From the NCBI GenBank assembly GCA_963833095.1, contig CAWHWQ010000004.1, forward strand, positions 160,001 to 224,000: a stretch of DNA of 64,000 nt, written 5' to 3'. The notes beneath the pieces are model-generated. The model was not told where the DNA came from, searched no databases, and was given only the letters and a program-made list of their open reading frames with translations. Of the stretch, positions 40,462-49,432 are shown piece by piece; within the stretch, counting starts at the first letter, position 1, and each line of letters starts with the position of its first letter. The translations under genes were made by a program, and so were the position numbers. The DNA is from Vulcanimicrobiota bacterium (GTDB lineage: Bacteria; Vulcanimicrobiota; Vulcanimicrobiia; Vulcanimicrobiales; Vulcanimicrobiaceae).

Positions 40462-41838
40462 GCTTGAGCGTAAGGTCCGTCATAGACGCCTTCCGTGCGG
40501 GGTCCTCGGGTGCGGCGTGCACGGCGCTTAGATGTTGAACGTCGGTTGAACTCAGTGCCGGCGGCGCGCTCAACGTCGCCAGTGTGACGCTTCCCCGGCT
40601 GACGTCGGCTGCATGCGGCTGCGAAACGGGCGCGCTCGTCTTAAGCAAGGCTTCGACTTTGCTGCGCGCGCTAGGATCGGTGATTCGGGCGAGAATGTCG
40701 CTGGGTTCGTTGGGTTCCTCCCAGTCCTGCGTTTGAGCGACAGCGGTATGCACGGTCTCGCTTTCCTTGGGATTGTTTGGGCAGCGTATACGTCGAGAGC
40801 ACGGTGAGCACGCCGTCTTCGGCGGTCCCCGACTGGGGAAGGCCCACGCCGACCGAAATCGTCTGCACCTGCGCCATCGGTTTCTGGGCCAAACGTCAAT
40901 TGGTTCACACCGCCGCGAATGGTCGGCGCCCCGACGTTGTTACCGGCGGTCCAGTATTCGGAGTGTGCCGCGACCTGCAGCAAGTTGCCGGGTAGAAAGA
41001 TACTCACTCCAACCACCGGCAGCGTAAGGTACCAACTTCCGTTGCGACCTCCCCAGGTGAATTCTTGCGATCCGCAACCACCCTCGTTGCCTGAATTGCG
41101 AATGAAATACTGCCAGGTCGATTGCACGGTCTCGGTCGTTTTTGTTTTCGACGAGATCTGTTCGTTGGTCAAGATCGCGAGCGAGAGCACGGGGTGAATC
41201 TCGGTCCAACCTCCATGGTGCACGCCATCGACTCCGAGCACGCCGGAGGCGACTGCGAAATCTCCGTTGATGTTGCTGCCGATTTGACCCGGTTGCCAAA
41301 ACGGGTCCCCAAAATTGTTGATCGTTTCGGTCGAGTCGAACTCGAGGCCGAGCGAGGCCTCCCCCGCAGTCAGCGGTTCGGTTACCGGAAGATACGGATC
41401 GAGACGCATGTTGATGTCGTTGTCGTTGGGCCAGCTCCCCGACGCGCCTTCCCACTCGATGTATCCGATGTCGGTTACCGTATCCCAATTGAGGTGACCG
41501 GGGAACGGGTCTCCACTGCACTCGCCAAAGGTGGCAAACGGCGCATCTTGTGGATCCCATTCCGTCGGTTGGCTCGTACACGCCGCGTTCGGTGGATAGT
41601 ATCCACCCGGACCGCAGATCGTATTGAAATTCGGTGATTGGTTGGAGTGCTTTTCTTGATAGGCCCAGATCGGATTGACCGGAAATCCGTTCGCGTCGAC
41701 GTCTTGGCTCGAATGCCATTCAAGATCGAACGGCGCCTTGCCGGCCGGATATCCCGAAAACGTCAGGGCGTCGGCGGTGCGCGGCAAAAGCGCGGCGGCA
41801 AGTGCGAAAACAATTACGATGAGTATGGACTTCGACAT
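40421..41838 (-). CDS. Secreted hypothetical protein with two apparent frameshifts (about 40890 and 40760)
   Basis: Signal peptide; TEIHPV motif; reading continues across three track ORFs. Confidence 0.55.
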
Positions 41839-42078
41839 CACGTGTCCCCTCCCGCAAGGACACCGCAACTATACTCCGCACCTACGCAATTCACAATCGG
41901 CCCGATGCTAAAAGACTACACCGCAACGAATGTTACGGCGGCGTGAGCACGATCTGCATGCGCACGAAATCGAACGTCACAGCGTTGTTATCGAAGAATG
42001 TGCCCATCGGTGATCCGCCCGGACCATACGCCCCTTGCACGTTGTGCTGGCAGGCGGTCGAAAGACAGATTTCGTCGG

Positions 42079-42191
42079 CGAGCGTAGCGCAGCGTAGCCC
42101 CCTGTCATCCCGAGCGTAGTGCAGCGCCCCTTGTCATCCCGAGCGTAGTGGGTGAACGCTTTGCGTTCACCCGCGTAGTCGAGGGACCGCA
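42079..42191 (+). repeat. REP-like cluster
   Basis: Partial unit plus TGTCATCCCGAG x2; last unit nearly identical to 39184-39243. Confidence 0.85.
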
Positions 42192-42229
42192 TCAAGAGCG
42201 GCGAAGCGCTTCCTAGCGGAGGTATCTTC

Positions 42230-44014
42230 TTGCGTTCTACTCTTTTTGCGCTGCTCGGCGCCGCGGTGCTGTTGGCATCGACGACGCTCTTCCTCACGGC
42301 GGCCGCCCCCACGACGCTCAAGACATCGCCGTGCCGGATCGGCCAAACCCACGCGGCGGCAATCTGCGGGACGCTCACTGTTTTTGAAAATCGCGCCACT
42401 CGCACCGGCCGCACGATCGACCTTCACTTTATCGACATCGCGGCCAAGCACCCAATGCATCAGGCGGTCGTCTTTAATCCCGGAGGGCCCGGCGCTTCTG
42501 CGACCGCGATGGCCGCTGATTTTGCCGATGCGACGGACGGAGCATTCGCCACGCTGCGCGACCGCTACGACATTTTGCTCGTTGACAATCGCGGCACGGG
42601 ACAATCAGCTCCGCAAGATTGTAACTTTGCGCCTGCGGCTCACCCTGAACTGTATTTCGCGCAGTTGTGGCCCGATACGATCGTTCGCTCGTGTCGTGAC
42701 GGCCTTGCCGCGCACGCGGATCTGAGTCTCTACTCGACCAGCGTGGCGTCCGACGACTTGGACGAGCTGCGCGCCGCTCTGGGCTATCCCAAACTCGTGC
42801 TGTTCGGCGGATCGTACGGGACGCGATTCTATCTAGACTACGCTCGCCGCCACCCCGGCACCGTCGAAAGCGTTGTGCTCGAAGGCGTGGCGCCACCGCA
42901 TTTCTACATCATCCCGCTGCCGATGGCTCGCGGTGCACAAACGGCGATCGATAATCTCGAACGGGCCTGCCGCAACGATCCAAGCTGTTCGGCGCACTTT
43001 CCCCACTTCACCGAACATTTCGCGGCCCTGGTGCAGCGTTTCGATTCCGGCCCGGTTATGCTTGCCGTGCAAAACTCCGTCACCCACCAATCGCAGCGCG
43101 TGCAACTCACAAAAGAAGTCTTTGTCGAGACCATCCGCCACGCGCTGTACTTTCCATCCGGCGCCGCGTACCTTCCCGTGACAATCGAACGAGCGTACCA
43201 CGGCGATTATACGCCGCTCGCCGAGATGGTCAGCCAGTTGTCGCTCCTGTTCGCGAACATTGTCGACGGCGGGATCAATCTTTCGGTGACGTGCGCGGAG
43301 GACATTCCGTTCATTACCGAGGCCGATGTTACGCAATACAGCGCAGGCACGTTCGAAGGTGACGCTCGCGTGCGAGCGCAGAAGAGTGCGTGCAAGACCT
43401 GGAACGTCGATCCGGTGCCGGCGACCTTTGTTGATCCGGTACGCAGTGATGCGCCGATCCTGATGATTTCCGGGACCGACGACCCGGCATCACCGCCGGA
43501 GTACGCTCGAGACGCGCTCCCGTACTTGCCTCACGCGCGGATCATGCTCGTGCCGGGTGCCTCGCACGACAGCAACTTGCCGCCCTGCGTCGATGCCACG
43601 ATCGTCGCGTTTGTGAAAGCTCGTTCCGCTGCGGGGCTTAATCTGAGCCGCTGCGCGGCGACGTATCACCGGCCCTCGTTTGTCACCCTTGCCTACGATG
43701 AGCCCGCCGCCGGCGAAAATCACGCGCAGACCGAACGATTCACGAAGATCCTTGACGCGATGATGCACGGTGGGATCGATCGCTCGCAGTTCACGCCCGC
43801 GTTTTCAAAACAGCTTCCCGACGCGGAGGTCAAAGGCGTGGCGTCGGGTCTTCAATCACTGGGGGGACTGCAGGCGATCGTTTTCAAAGGGGAGACGGGA
43901 TCGCCCAAAGCCCGGATCTATACCTACCTGATGCGCTTCGCGCGAGGCAACGTGCTCGTGACGTTCACGCTCGATACGTCAAACCACCTAAGCAATCTCG
44001 ATCTCTCGGGCTAG
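42230..44014 (+). CDS. Secreted alpha/beta hydrolase (TAP-like peptidase) with extra C-terminal domain
   Basis: Signal peptide; GGPG, DNRGTG, GGSYG, CAED, DPASP, GASH. Confidence 0.82.
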   Translation: MRSTLFALLGAAVLLASTTLFLTAAAPTTLKTSPCRIGQTHAAAICGTLTVFENRATRTGRTIDLHFIDIAAKHPMHQAVVFNPGGPGASATAMAADFADATDGAFATLRDRYDILLVDNRGTGQSAPQDCNFAPAAHPELYFAQLWPDTIVRSCRDGLAAHADLSLYSTSVASDDLDELRAALGYPKLVLFGGSYGTRFYLDYARRHPGTVESVVLEGVAPPHFYIIPLPMARGAQTAIDNLERACRNDPSCSAHFPHFTEHFAALVQRFDSGPVMLAVQNSVTHQSQRVQLTKEVFVETIRHALYFPSGAAYLPVTIERAYHGDYTPLAEMVSQLSLLFANIVDGGINLSVTCAEDIPFITEADVTQYSAGTFEGDARVRAQKSACKTWNVDPVPATFVDPVRSDAPILMISGTDDPASPPEYARDALPYLPHARIMLVPGASHDSNLPPCVDATIVAFVKARSAAGLNLSRCAATYHRPSFVTLAYDEPAAGENHAQTERFTKILDAMMHGGIDRSQFTPAFSKQLPDAEVKGVASGLQSLGGLQAIVFKGETGSPKARIYTYLMRFARGNVLVTFTLDTSNHLSNLDLSG

Positions 44015-44045
44015 TGACACCTTGCTACTTACCGGAGGAATAACC

Positions 44046-44600
44046 ATGCGCTCTTCTCTTCTTGTGCTGATGTTTGCAGCGATGACGATTCTGCCGGCGG
44101 CGCCCGCCTCGGCTGATGCCACCAGCGACATGGTGGCGATGGCGCAAACCTTCGCAGCGGTGCAGTCGTTCCACGCTGATATCACCACGCCCAAGGGCAT
44201 CACGATGAGCATGGACATGATCAAGCCCGATAAGTTCCACGTGACGATGAACGGCATGCAAGTCATCGAGATCGGCAGCGACATGTGGATGAACATGACC
44301 GGGTCGTGGCAGCACATGAATATGGGTGGTGCGATGATTCAGCGACCGATGGACATGGCGCGCAACGCCGGCATGCATGGGAACGCCCCAAGCGATTACC
44401 AGATCACCGACCTTGGTCCGGCCATGCTCGACGGCATCCCGGCGCACAAGTACCACATGGCGGGAAAGACCGGCGACGCCGTCGACATGTGGGTTTCGAA
44501 GAATCTTCCGCTTCAGGTGCAAGCAACAGGCAAAAAGGGGACGGCTACGATCAAGTACTCCCAGTACAATAGCGTCCCTCCCATCACCCCACCGGTGTAG
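44046..44600 (+). CDS. Met-rich secreted protein, LolA/LppX-like
   Basis: GGAGG RBS; signal peptide; KPDKFH and YSQYN...ITPP motifs; 22 Met in 184 aa. Confidence 0.65.
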   Translation: MRSSLLVLMFAAMTILPAAPASADATSDMVAMAQTFAAVQSFHADITTPKGITMSMDMIKPDKFHVTMNGMQVIEIGSDMWMNMTGSWQHMNMGGAMIQRPMDMARNAGMHGNAPSDYQITDLGPAMLDGIPAHKYHMAGKTGDAVDMWVSKNLPLQVQATGKKGTATIKYSQYNSVPPITPPV

Positions 44601-44669
44601 CCCGCCCTGTGATCACTTTGATGGCTGTTGGGAAGGACGATCGAGGGAGGCACTCGGTAGTAGGATACC

Positions 44670-45108
44670 CATATGTGAAGCCTGTGTCATCACAGCGGCG
44701 CATCGCGCTTTCCCGCTCGCAGGCTGCTCTTCCGCGACGCTCCTCGCCAATGCAACGGGGCCGACCGCAACAGAGCGCGCTCGCGTGCAACGACGGGTGG
44801 AACGCTCACGTACCCTGCCGGGGGCGGATTCACCGCCGACTTTGCATACGGTAGCAATAACGCATCGTCGGCGCTGGTCGCGAGTGACGACGATTACCAA
44901 TCCACCGCGGCCGTGCCAAGGCACCTTCTCGCCGGACGATTGTGATCGCTACGAGCTGACGCTCAGTCAGGACGCGAAATTCACGGGTGGAACGGCTACG
45001 ACGGACCGACGACATTCTCAAGCGATCGAGCCGGCGTTGGACACACGCCGATACGAAGCTAACGACCTCACCTTGGCGGTCGCAGAAGGCTCCGATCCGC
45101 GAACGTAG
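44670..45108 (+). pseudogene. Possible decayed lipoprotein gene
   Basis: LAGCSS lipobox-like stretch and Thr/Ser-rich fragments in shifting frames. Confidence 0.3.
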
Positions 45109-45689
45109 CGCATCGACGGTACGACGGCGCTCGTGACCGAGCAAGCAACGGTAGCGGATGTCGCACGGCAAGAGCCATACACGCGGCAACATCCGAGAAA
45201 GCCAAAAACGAACTGACGTGTTTCGCAGCGCTGCTGATATCCTTCTGTGGATAAGACGTTTGCGACTTGGGTGTAATGCCAATGCTCGAGTGGTGCAGGA
45301 ACAGCGCGCGAAGAAACCACACAACTAACGGCTGCGGTGCATGAGCTCATTCTAGAATTGCGCGACAGCGGGCCTAGCCCGAAAAGATCACGGTGGCGGG
45401 ATAGAGTAATTCGTTGAAGATGTGCATGGGGCACCCGCGCCCCACTAGCGAGGCAGGCGGTAATGACTGAACGAACACCCCGAGGCGAACTCTCGCAACG
45501 AATCCCAACGCTAGCAATAAGGCAGTCGTTAATATGCACGCGAGCAGTCCCGTCGCACGACGAGATCGGAAAAGCGTGAACTACCCCTGAATTGACCGCC
45601 GAAATTTACGGATCCGATGCGGCTGCCCGCACGCAGAACGAAAGGCGACCACGTGGATTATCGCCTCGAAACGATTCGTTCGAGTTGCT

Positions 45690-46320
45690 GGATTGCCGCA
45701 ACAGGCGGAGGCCATTTTCGTCCTGGATCAGGGAGCCTCCGTACTGCGAATTCAATTGGGAGCTAGAGAAATAGCGCGACGCTGCATCGTGCTTTCAATG
45801 AACCCGAGTTTGCGAAGCTATTCTGCTTTTGCAACACGCAAGAAGGTCGCTAACCTGATAAGGTATCTACATCCAGTTCGGAGTTCACGTTACGCTTTCT
45901 TCCAGCGAAACAGAAGCTCCACGATGGGACGCTTGAGAGCGATGCGAAGGCGCTCTTCAAAAAACACGACGAGCCACAAACGGTTAGCGCGTACGAGCTG
46001 GAGGCATGGAGTAAGTGGCAGCATGGAGATATTGTAGCCCTCGCGGACGCCGCCAAATGCGTCGAGAATGCGAGGACTTCAAGACGCATTAACGGATTTC
46101 AAACGGGATGTGTAGCACTGATACACCGCGCCTGCGGATTCGTTCTCACGCTGCTGTATGTCCTATCGTGGTTTGGCGTCCAAGATCAGAAGTTAGACGA
46201 ATATGTTCAGCGCTTTGCTACTTCACGCCGGCCATCGCCGAGCAAATCACGGCCCTAAGAAATGCCCTAGCGATTATCGAGAATGCAATCGCAGCGGACG
46301 CGAATAAGAAAGCAAATTAA
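45690..46320 (+). pseudogene. Fragmented lower-GC gene
   Basis: Start-less open frame about 45854-46257 (…YELEAWSKWQHGDIVALAD…) flanked by other-frame fragments. Confidence 0.35.
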
Positions 46321-46389
46321 AACCGCGTCGTTGGAGCGATCCGCCGCGACGGCACTAAGGACAAGGGACGCCCGTGCCCCGCCACCGTC

Positions 46390-46567
46390 AACCCTCGGTA
46401 ATGCCCCTTGACCGGCCGACCCTACTGCTGCCACCATCCTCGCACCATGATCTCGATGTTCGTTTCGACGACCACGACGACCACCACCACCACGACCACT
46501 GTCGTTCGGTGCAGGTTGACGTAGGCTAAAACACGAGATCAAGGACAGCTTACGAATTAGGGAGCCA
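46390..46567 (+). repeat. Direct-repeat copy of the thr promoter/leader (46995-47208) lacking the terminator
   Basis: 46444-46556 identical to 47049-47161; 36-nt hairpin segment absent. Confidence 0.92.
46447..46524 (+). CDS. Duplicate Thr-rich leader peptide ORF
   Basis: MISMFVSTTTTTTTTTTTVVRCRLT, identical to 47052-47129. Confidence 0.55.
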   Translation: MISMFVSTTTTTTTTTTTVVRCRLT

Positions 46568-46649
46568 TCAGCGTGGCGAAAGCCATCCAGGATTCCTAAG
46601 GCGAAGCGAAAAAACGCATGCGCACGTTCTACGCTTGCAGGAGGGCAAC

Positions 46650-46991
46650 ATGAAGATACTTCGTGCACTTTTTGCCGTCGTCATTGCCTTTAGCATCCCC
46701 GTCGTAGCTCTGGCGGATTGCTATGTTTACGCTACGTGGTCGCCGGGACTTCTCGTCTACCAACCGGCGAATAATTCGTGCGTCACGGTAAAGCACGGAT
46801 TCCGATGCAAATTTGGCGCCGGAAAGACGATCTCCCTCGGTTTCGGTGGCCCGAACAGCACACGCACCGCCTGCATCGCGACGCTGCAGAACGTGGGCAG
46901 CATGTTTGCGGATAAGTGGCATCTTAGCACGAGCAGCGGCTGCAGCTTCCACTGGAAAGGTTCAAACACGGTTGAGGTCAGCCTTCGTTAG
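46650..46991 (+). CDS. Small secreted Cys-containing protein
   Basis: AGGAGG RBS; signal peptide ending ALA; 5 Cys. Confidence 0.7.
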   Translation: MKILRALFAVVIAFSIPVVALADCYVYATWSPGLLVYQPANNSCVTVKHGFRCKFGAGKTISLGFGGPNSTRTACIATLQNVGSMFADKWHLSTSSGCSFHWKGSNTVEVSLR

Positions 46992-47012
46992 GTTAACCCT
47001 CGGTAATGCCCC

Positions 47013-47042
47013 TTGACCGGTCCACCCCGCTGCTGCTAAGGT
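47013..47042 (+). promoter_or_regulatory. Predicted sigma70 promoter of thr leader
   Basis: TTGACC-18-TAAGGT with TG extension. Confidence 0.65.
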
Positions 47043-47051
47043 AGCCAAACC

Positions 47052-47129
47052 ATGATCTCGATGTTCGTTTCGACGACCACGACGACCACCACCACCACGA
47101 CCACTGTCGTTCGGTGCAGGTTGACGTAG
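47052..47129 (+). CDS. thrL: Threonine attenuator leader peptide
   Basis: 11 consecutive Thr codons directly upstream of a terminator and thrC. Confidence 0.88.
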   Translation: MISMFVSTTTTTTTTTTTVVRCRLT

Positions 47130-47158
47130 GCTAAAACACGAGATCAAGGACAGCTTAC

Positions 47159-47196
47159 GAAGCCCCGCACCGATTGGTGCGGGGCTTCTTGCATTT
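47159..47196 (+). terminator. Attenuator terminator
   Basis: GAAGCCCCGCACC-GATT-GGTGCGGGGCTTC 13-bp stem followed by TTGCATTT. Confidence 0.85.
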
Positions 47197-47210
47197 GTTA
47201 GGGAGCCAAC

Positions 47211-48347
47211 ATGCGCGTGGAATGTAGCGACTGCGGCGCGGTCGCCGACCCCCTGGAGATCTGCCGGTGCGGCGGGTTGCCCGAGTTCGTGCTCGAGCCG
47301 CTGCGCCTCGACCCAGTCGGCCTGCGCCGCCTCGTGCGCGAGCGCCGCGCCAGCTACGAACCGCTCTTCGCCTCGGGCGTCTGGCGCTGGCGCGAACTGC
47401 TGCCCGCGATCCCGGCCGACTCGATCGTGTCGCTGGCCGAAGGCAACGTCCCGCTCTACGCCTCCGAGTCGGGCGCGCGCTACGCCGGCGTCGATCGCCT
47501 GGCCTATCTGCACCTCGGCATGAACCCGACCGGCTCGTTCAAGGATCTGGGCATGACGGTTGCGATCTCGGCCGCCAAAGCGTCGGGTGCGCGCGGCGTG
47601 GTCTGCGCCAGCACCGGCAACACCGCCTCATCGATGGCCGCCTACGCGGCGCGCGCCGGACTCGACGCGTATGCGATCGTCCCGCGCGGTCGCGTTAGCG
47701 ATGCCAAGCTCGCGCAGATGCGTGAGTACGGCGCACAGTTGATCGAAGTCGACGGTTCGTTCGACGACGCGTTCGCGTCGCTCCAACTGGTCAGCGATGC
47801 GGCGGTGGTGAACTCGGTCAACGCCTATCGCATCGAAGGTCAGAAGTGCGCGGCCTTCGCGATCCTCGAAGCGCGCGGCTGGGATGTCCCCGACTGGGTC
47901 GTGCTGCCCGGCGGGAACCTCGGCAACATCTCGGCGATTTCCAAAGGTTTCCGCGAAGCGTTACAACTCGGCTTGATCGACAAGCTCCCGCGCCTCGCGC
48001 TGGTGCGCGCGTCACTCGGCGTCGCCACGACCGCTAGCGCGATCGCGGTCGGCAATCCGAAATCGCGCAACCGCGCCTCGCGCGCGCTCGATCGTTTCAA
48101 CGGCGTCGAACTCGCGGTCAGCGACGAGGCGATCCTCGATGCCAAAGCCCACATCGGGCGCGAAGGCATTGGCTGCGAACCGGCTTCGGCCGCGTCGCTG
48201 GCCGGCGCGCGTCGACTGCGCGAATGCGGCAAGATCGCGCCCGACGCCGACGTCGTCGCGATTCTCACCGGCCACATCCTCAAAGATGCACGCCCTTCGA
48301 GGCTCCCTTCGGTCGCACCTCAGGATGACAACTATGCAGTTGCGTGA
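47211..48347 (+). CDS. thrC: Threonine synthase
   Basis: N-terminal Cys ribbon; NPTGSFKD PLP lysine; ASTGNT; NSVNAYRIEGQK; GNLGN; GHILKD. Confidence 0.92.
   Translation: MRVECSDCGAVADPLEICRCGGLPEFVLEPLRLDPVGLRRLVRERRASYEPLFASGVWRWRELLPAIPADSIVSLAEGNVPLYASESGARYAGVDRLAYLHLGMNPTGSFKDLGMTVAISAAKASGARGVVCASTGNTASSMAAYAARAGLDAYAIVPRGRVSDAKLAQMREYGAQLIEVDGSFDDAFASLQLVSDAAVVNSVNAYRIEGQKCAAFAILEARGWDVPDWVVLPGGNLGNISAISKGFREALQLGLIDKLPRLALVRASLGVATTASAIAVGNPKSRNRASRALDRFNGVELAVSDEAILDAKAHIGREGIGCEPASAASLAGARRLRECGKIAPDADVVAILTGHILKDARPSRLPSVAPQDDNYAVA
48291..48330 (-). repeat. REP-like unit inside the thrC 3' end
   Basis: Reverse complement TGTCATCCTGAGGTGCGACCGAAGGGAGCCTCGAAGGGCG. Confidence 0.8.
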
Positions 48348-49246
48348 TCGCTTCGTCGTCAGTGTTCCCGCCACCAGCGCCAATCTCGGGCCGGGCTTCG
48401 ATTGTGTCGGCATCGCGCTCGACCTGCGCGCCCGCGCGATGGTCGAACCCGCGAAACGGCTTCTCGCTCGAATTCAGCGGCCCGGAACAACCCACGCACA
48501 TCGGGTTCGAACGGATGATCATCGACGCGATGCACACGATCAGCAGCGAGCTGCCGCGCGTGCGCGTACACCTCAACAATGCGATTCCGCTGGGCAAGGG
48601 CGTGGGCTCCAGCGCCGCCGCAAGCGCGCTCGGCATCACCATCGCCGCGCGTGCCTACGGCCTCGAGCTCTCTCGTGACGACATCGCGGATCGCGTGTGC
48701 GCGCTCGAGGGCCATCCCGATAACGCGCTGCCCGCCGTCTACGGCGGCATCGTGATCGCCACCTCGGCACGCGCCAGCATCAAACTCCCCGCGCCGCGCG
48801 ATTTACACGCGATCGTCGTCGTGCCCGAGTTCGATCTTGCAACCGAAAAAGCGCGCGCACTGCTTCCGATCCAGTACGATCGCCGCGACGTCGTCTTCAA
48901 CATTCAGCGCGCGGCGCTGCTCGGCGCCGCACTCGCCTCGGGCAACTGGAACCTGCTGCGCGAAGCGATGAACGACCGCTTCCACCAGCCCTATCGGGGC
49001 GAGGTCGTGCCCGGACTGGCCGACGCACTGCGCGTCGATTCACCCGAACTGATCGGCATCGCGCTCTCGGGCGCGGGGCCCAGCGTGCTAGCCATCGTCC
49101 GCGACCGTGCCGCGTGGCGCCCCATCGCCGCCCGCATCGCCGCTTGCTTCGAAGCCGCCGGCATCGCCGCCCGGAGCTACCGCCTGCCCTTCGCCGCGCG
49201 CGGCCTAGTTTCGCGCCGGCACTTGACGGAGCGCAAAGCGGCATGA
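48334..49246 (+). CDS. thrB: Homoserine kinase (frameshift near 48455)
   Basis: VPATSANLGPGFD in one frame; PLGKGVGSSA, EGHPDN, HQPYR, LSGAGPS in the next. Confidence 0.9.
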
Positions 49247-49252
49247 TAGCCT
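49223..49252 (+). promoter_or_regulatory. Predicted sigma70 promoter of the hom-metY-metX leader
   Basis: TTGACG-18-TAGCCT with TG extension, overlapping the end of thrB. Confidence 0.65.
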
Positions 49253-49259
49253 ACCCGAA

Positions 49260-49343
49260 ATGTTCGCGCCCACCATGATGACCTGTTCCATGTGCATTAT
49301 TCAAATGAATAAGGCGGGGACTGTCATTGGGAGCACCGTGTAA
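49260..49343 (+). CDS. Putative Met/Thr/Ile/Cys-rich attenuator leader peptide
   Basis: MFAPTMMTCSMCIIQMNKAGTVIGSTV; ATG 7 nt after the -10 box. Confidence 0.72.
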   Translation: MFAPTMMTCSMCIIQMNKAGTVIGSTV

Positions 49344-49367
49344 AACACGGAATCGAGAAAGCACCAA

Positions 49368-49407
49368 AACGACGCCTCCGCCGATACGACGGGGGCGTCG
49401 TTCTTTT
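49368..49407 (+). terminator. Attenuator terminator
   Basis: AACGACGCCTCCG / CGGGGGCGTCGTT 13-bp stem followed by CTTTT. Confidence 0.82.
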
Positions 49408-49432
49408 ACTCGGAGCTCAAAGGGAAACCATC

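Noticed and set aside
45246..45254. DnaA box (TGTGGATAA) / replication origin
   Set aside because: Single box with no cluster, no unwinding element and no origin-linked genes.
46267..47513. Minus-strand ORFs with GRGGGGRRGRR
   Set aside because: Antisense shadow of the Thr-codon runs.
49300..49410. T-box or SAM riboswitch before hom
   Set aside because: GGGAGCACCGTG lacks the UGGN needed to pair with tRNA, the leader is too short for Stem I, and I see no SAM-I core; not confirmed by a covariance search.
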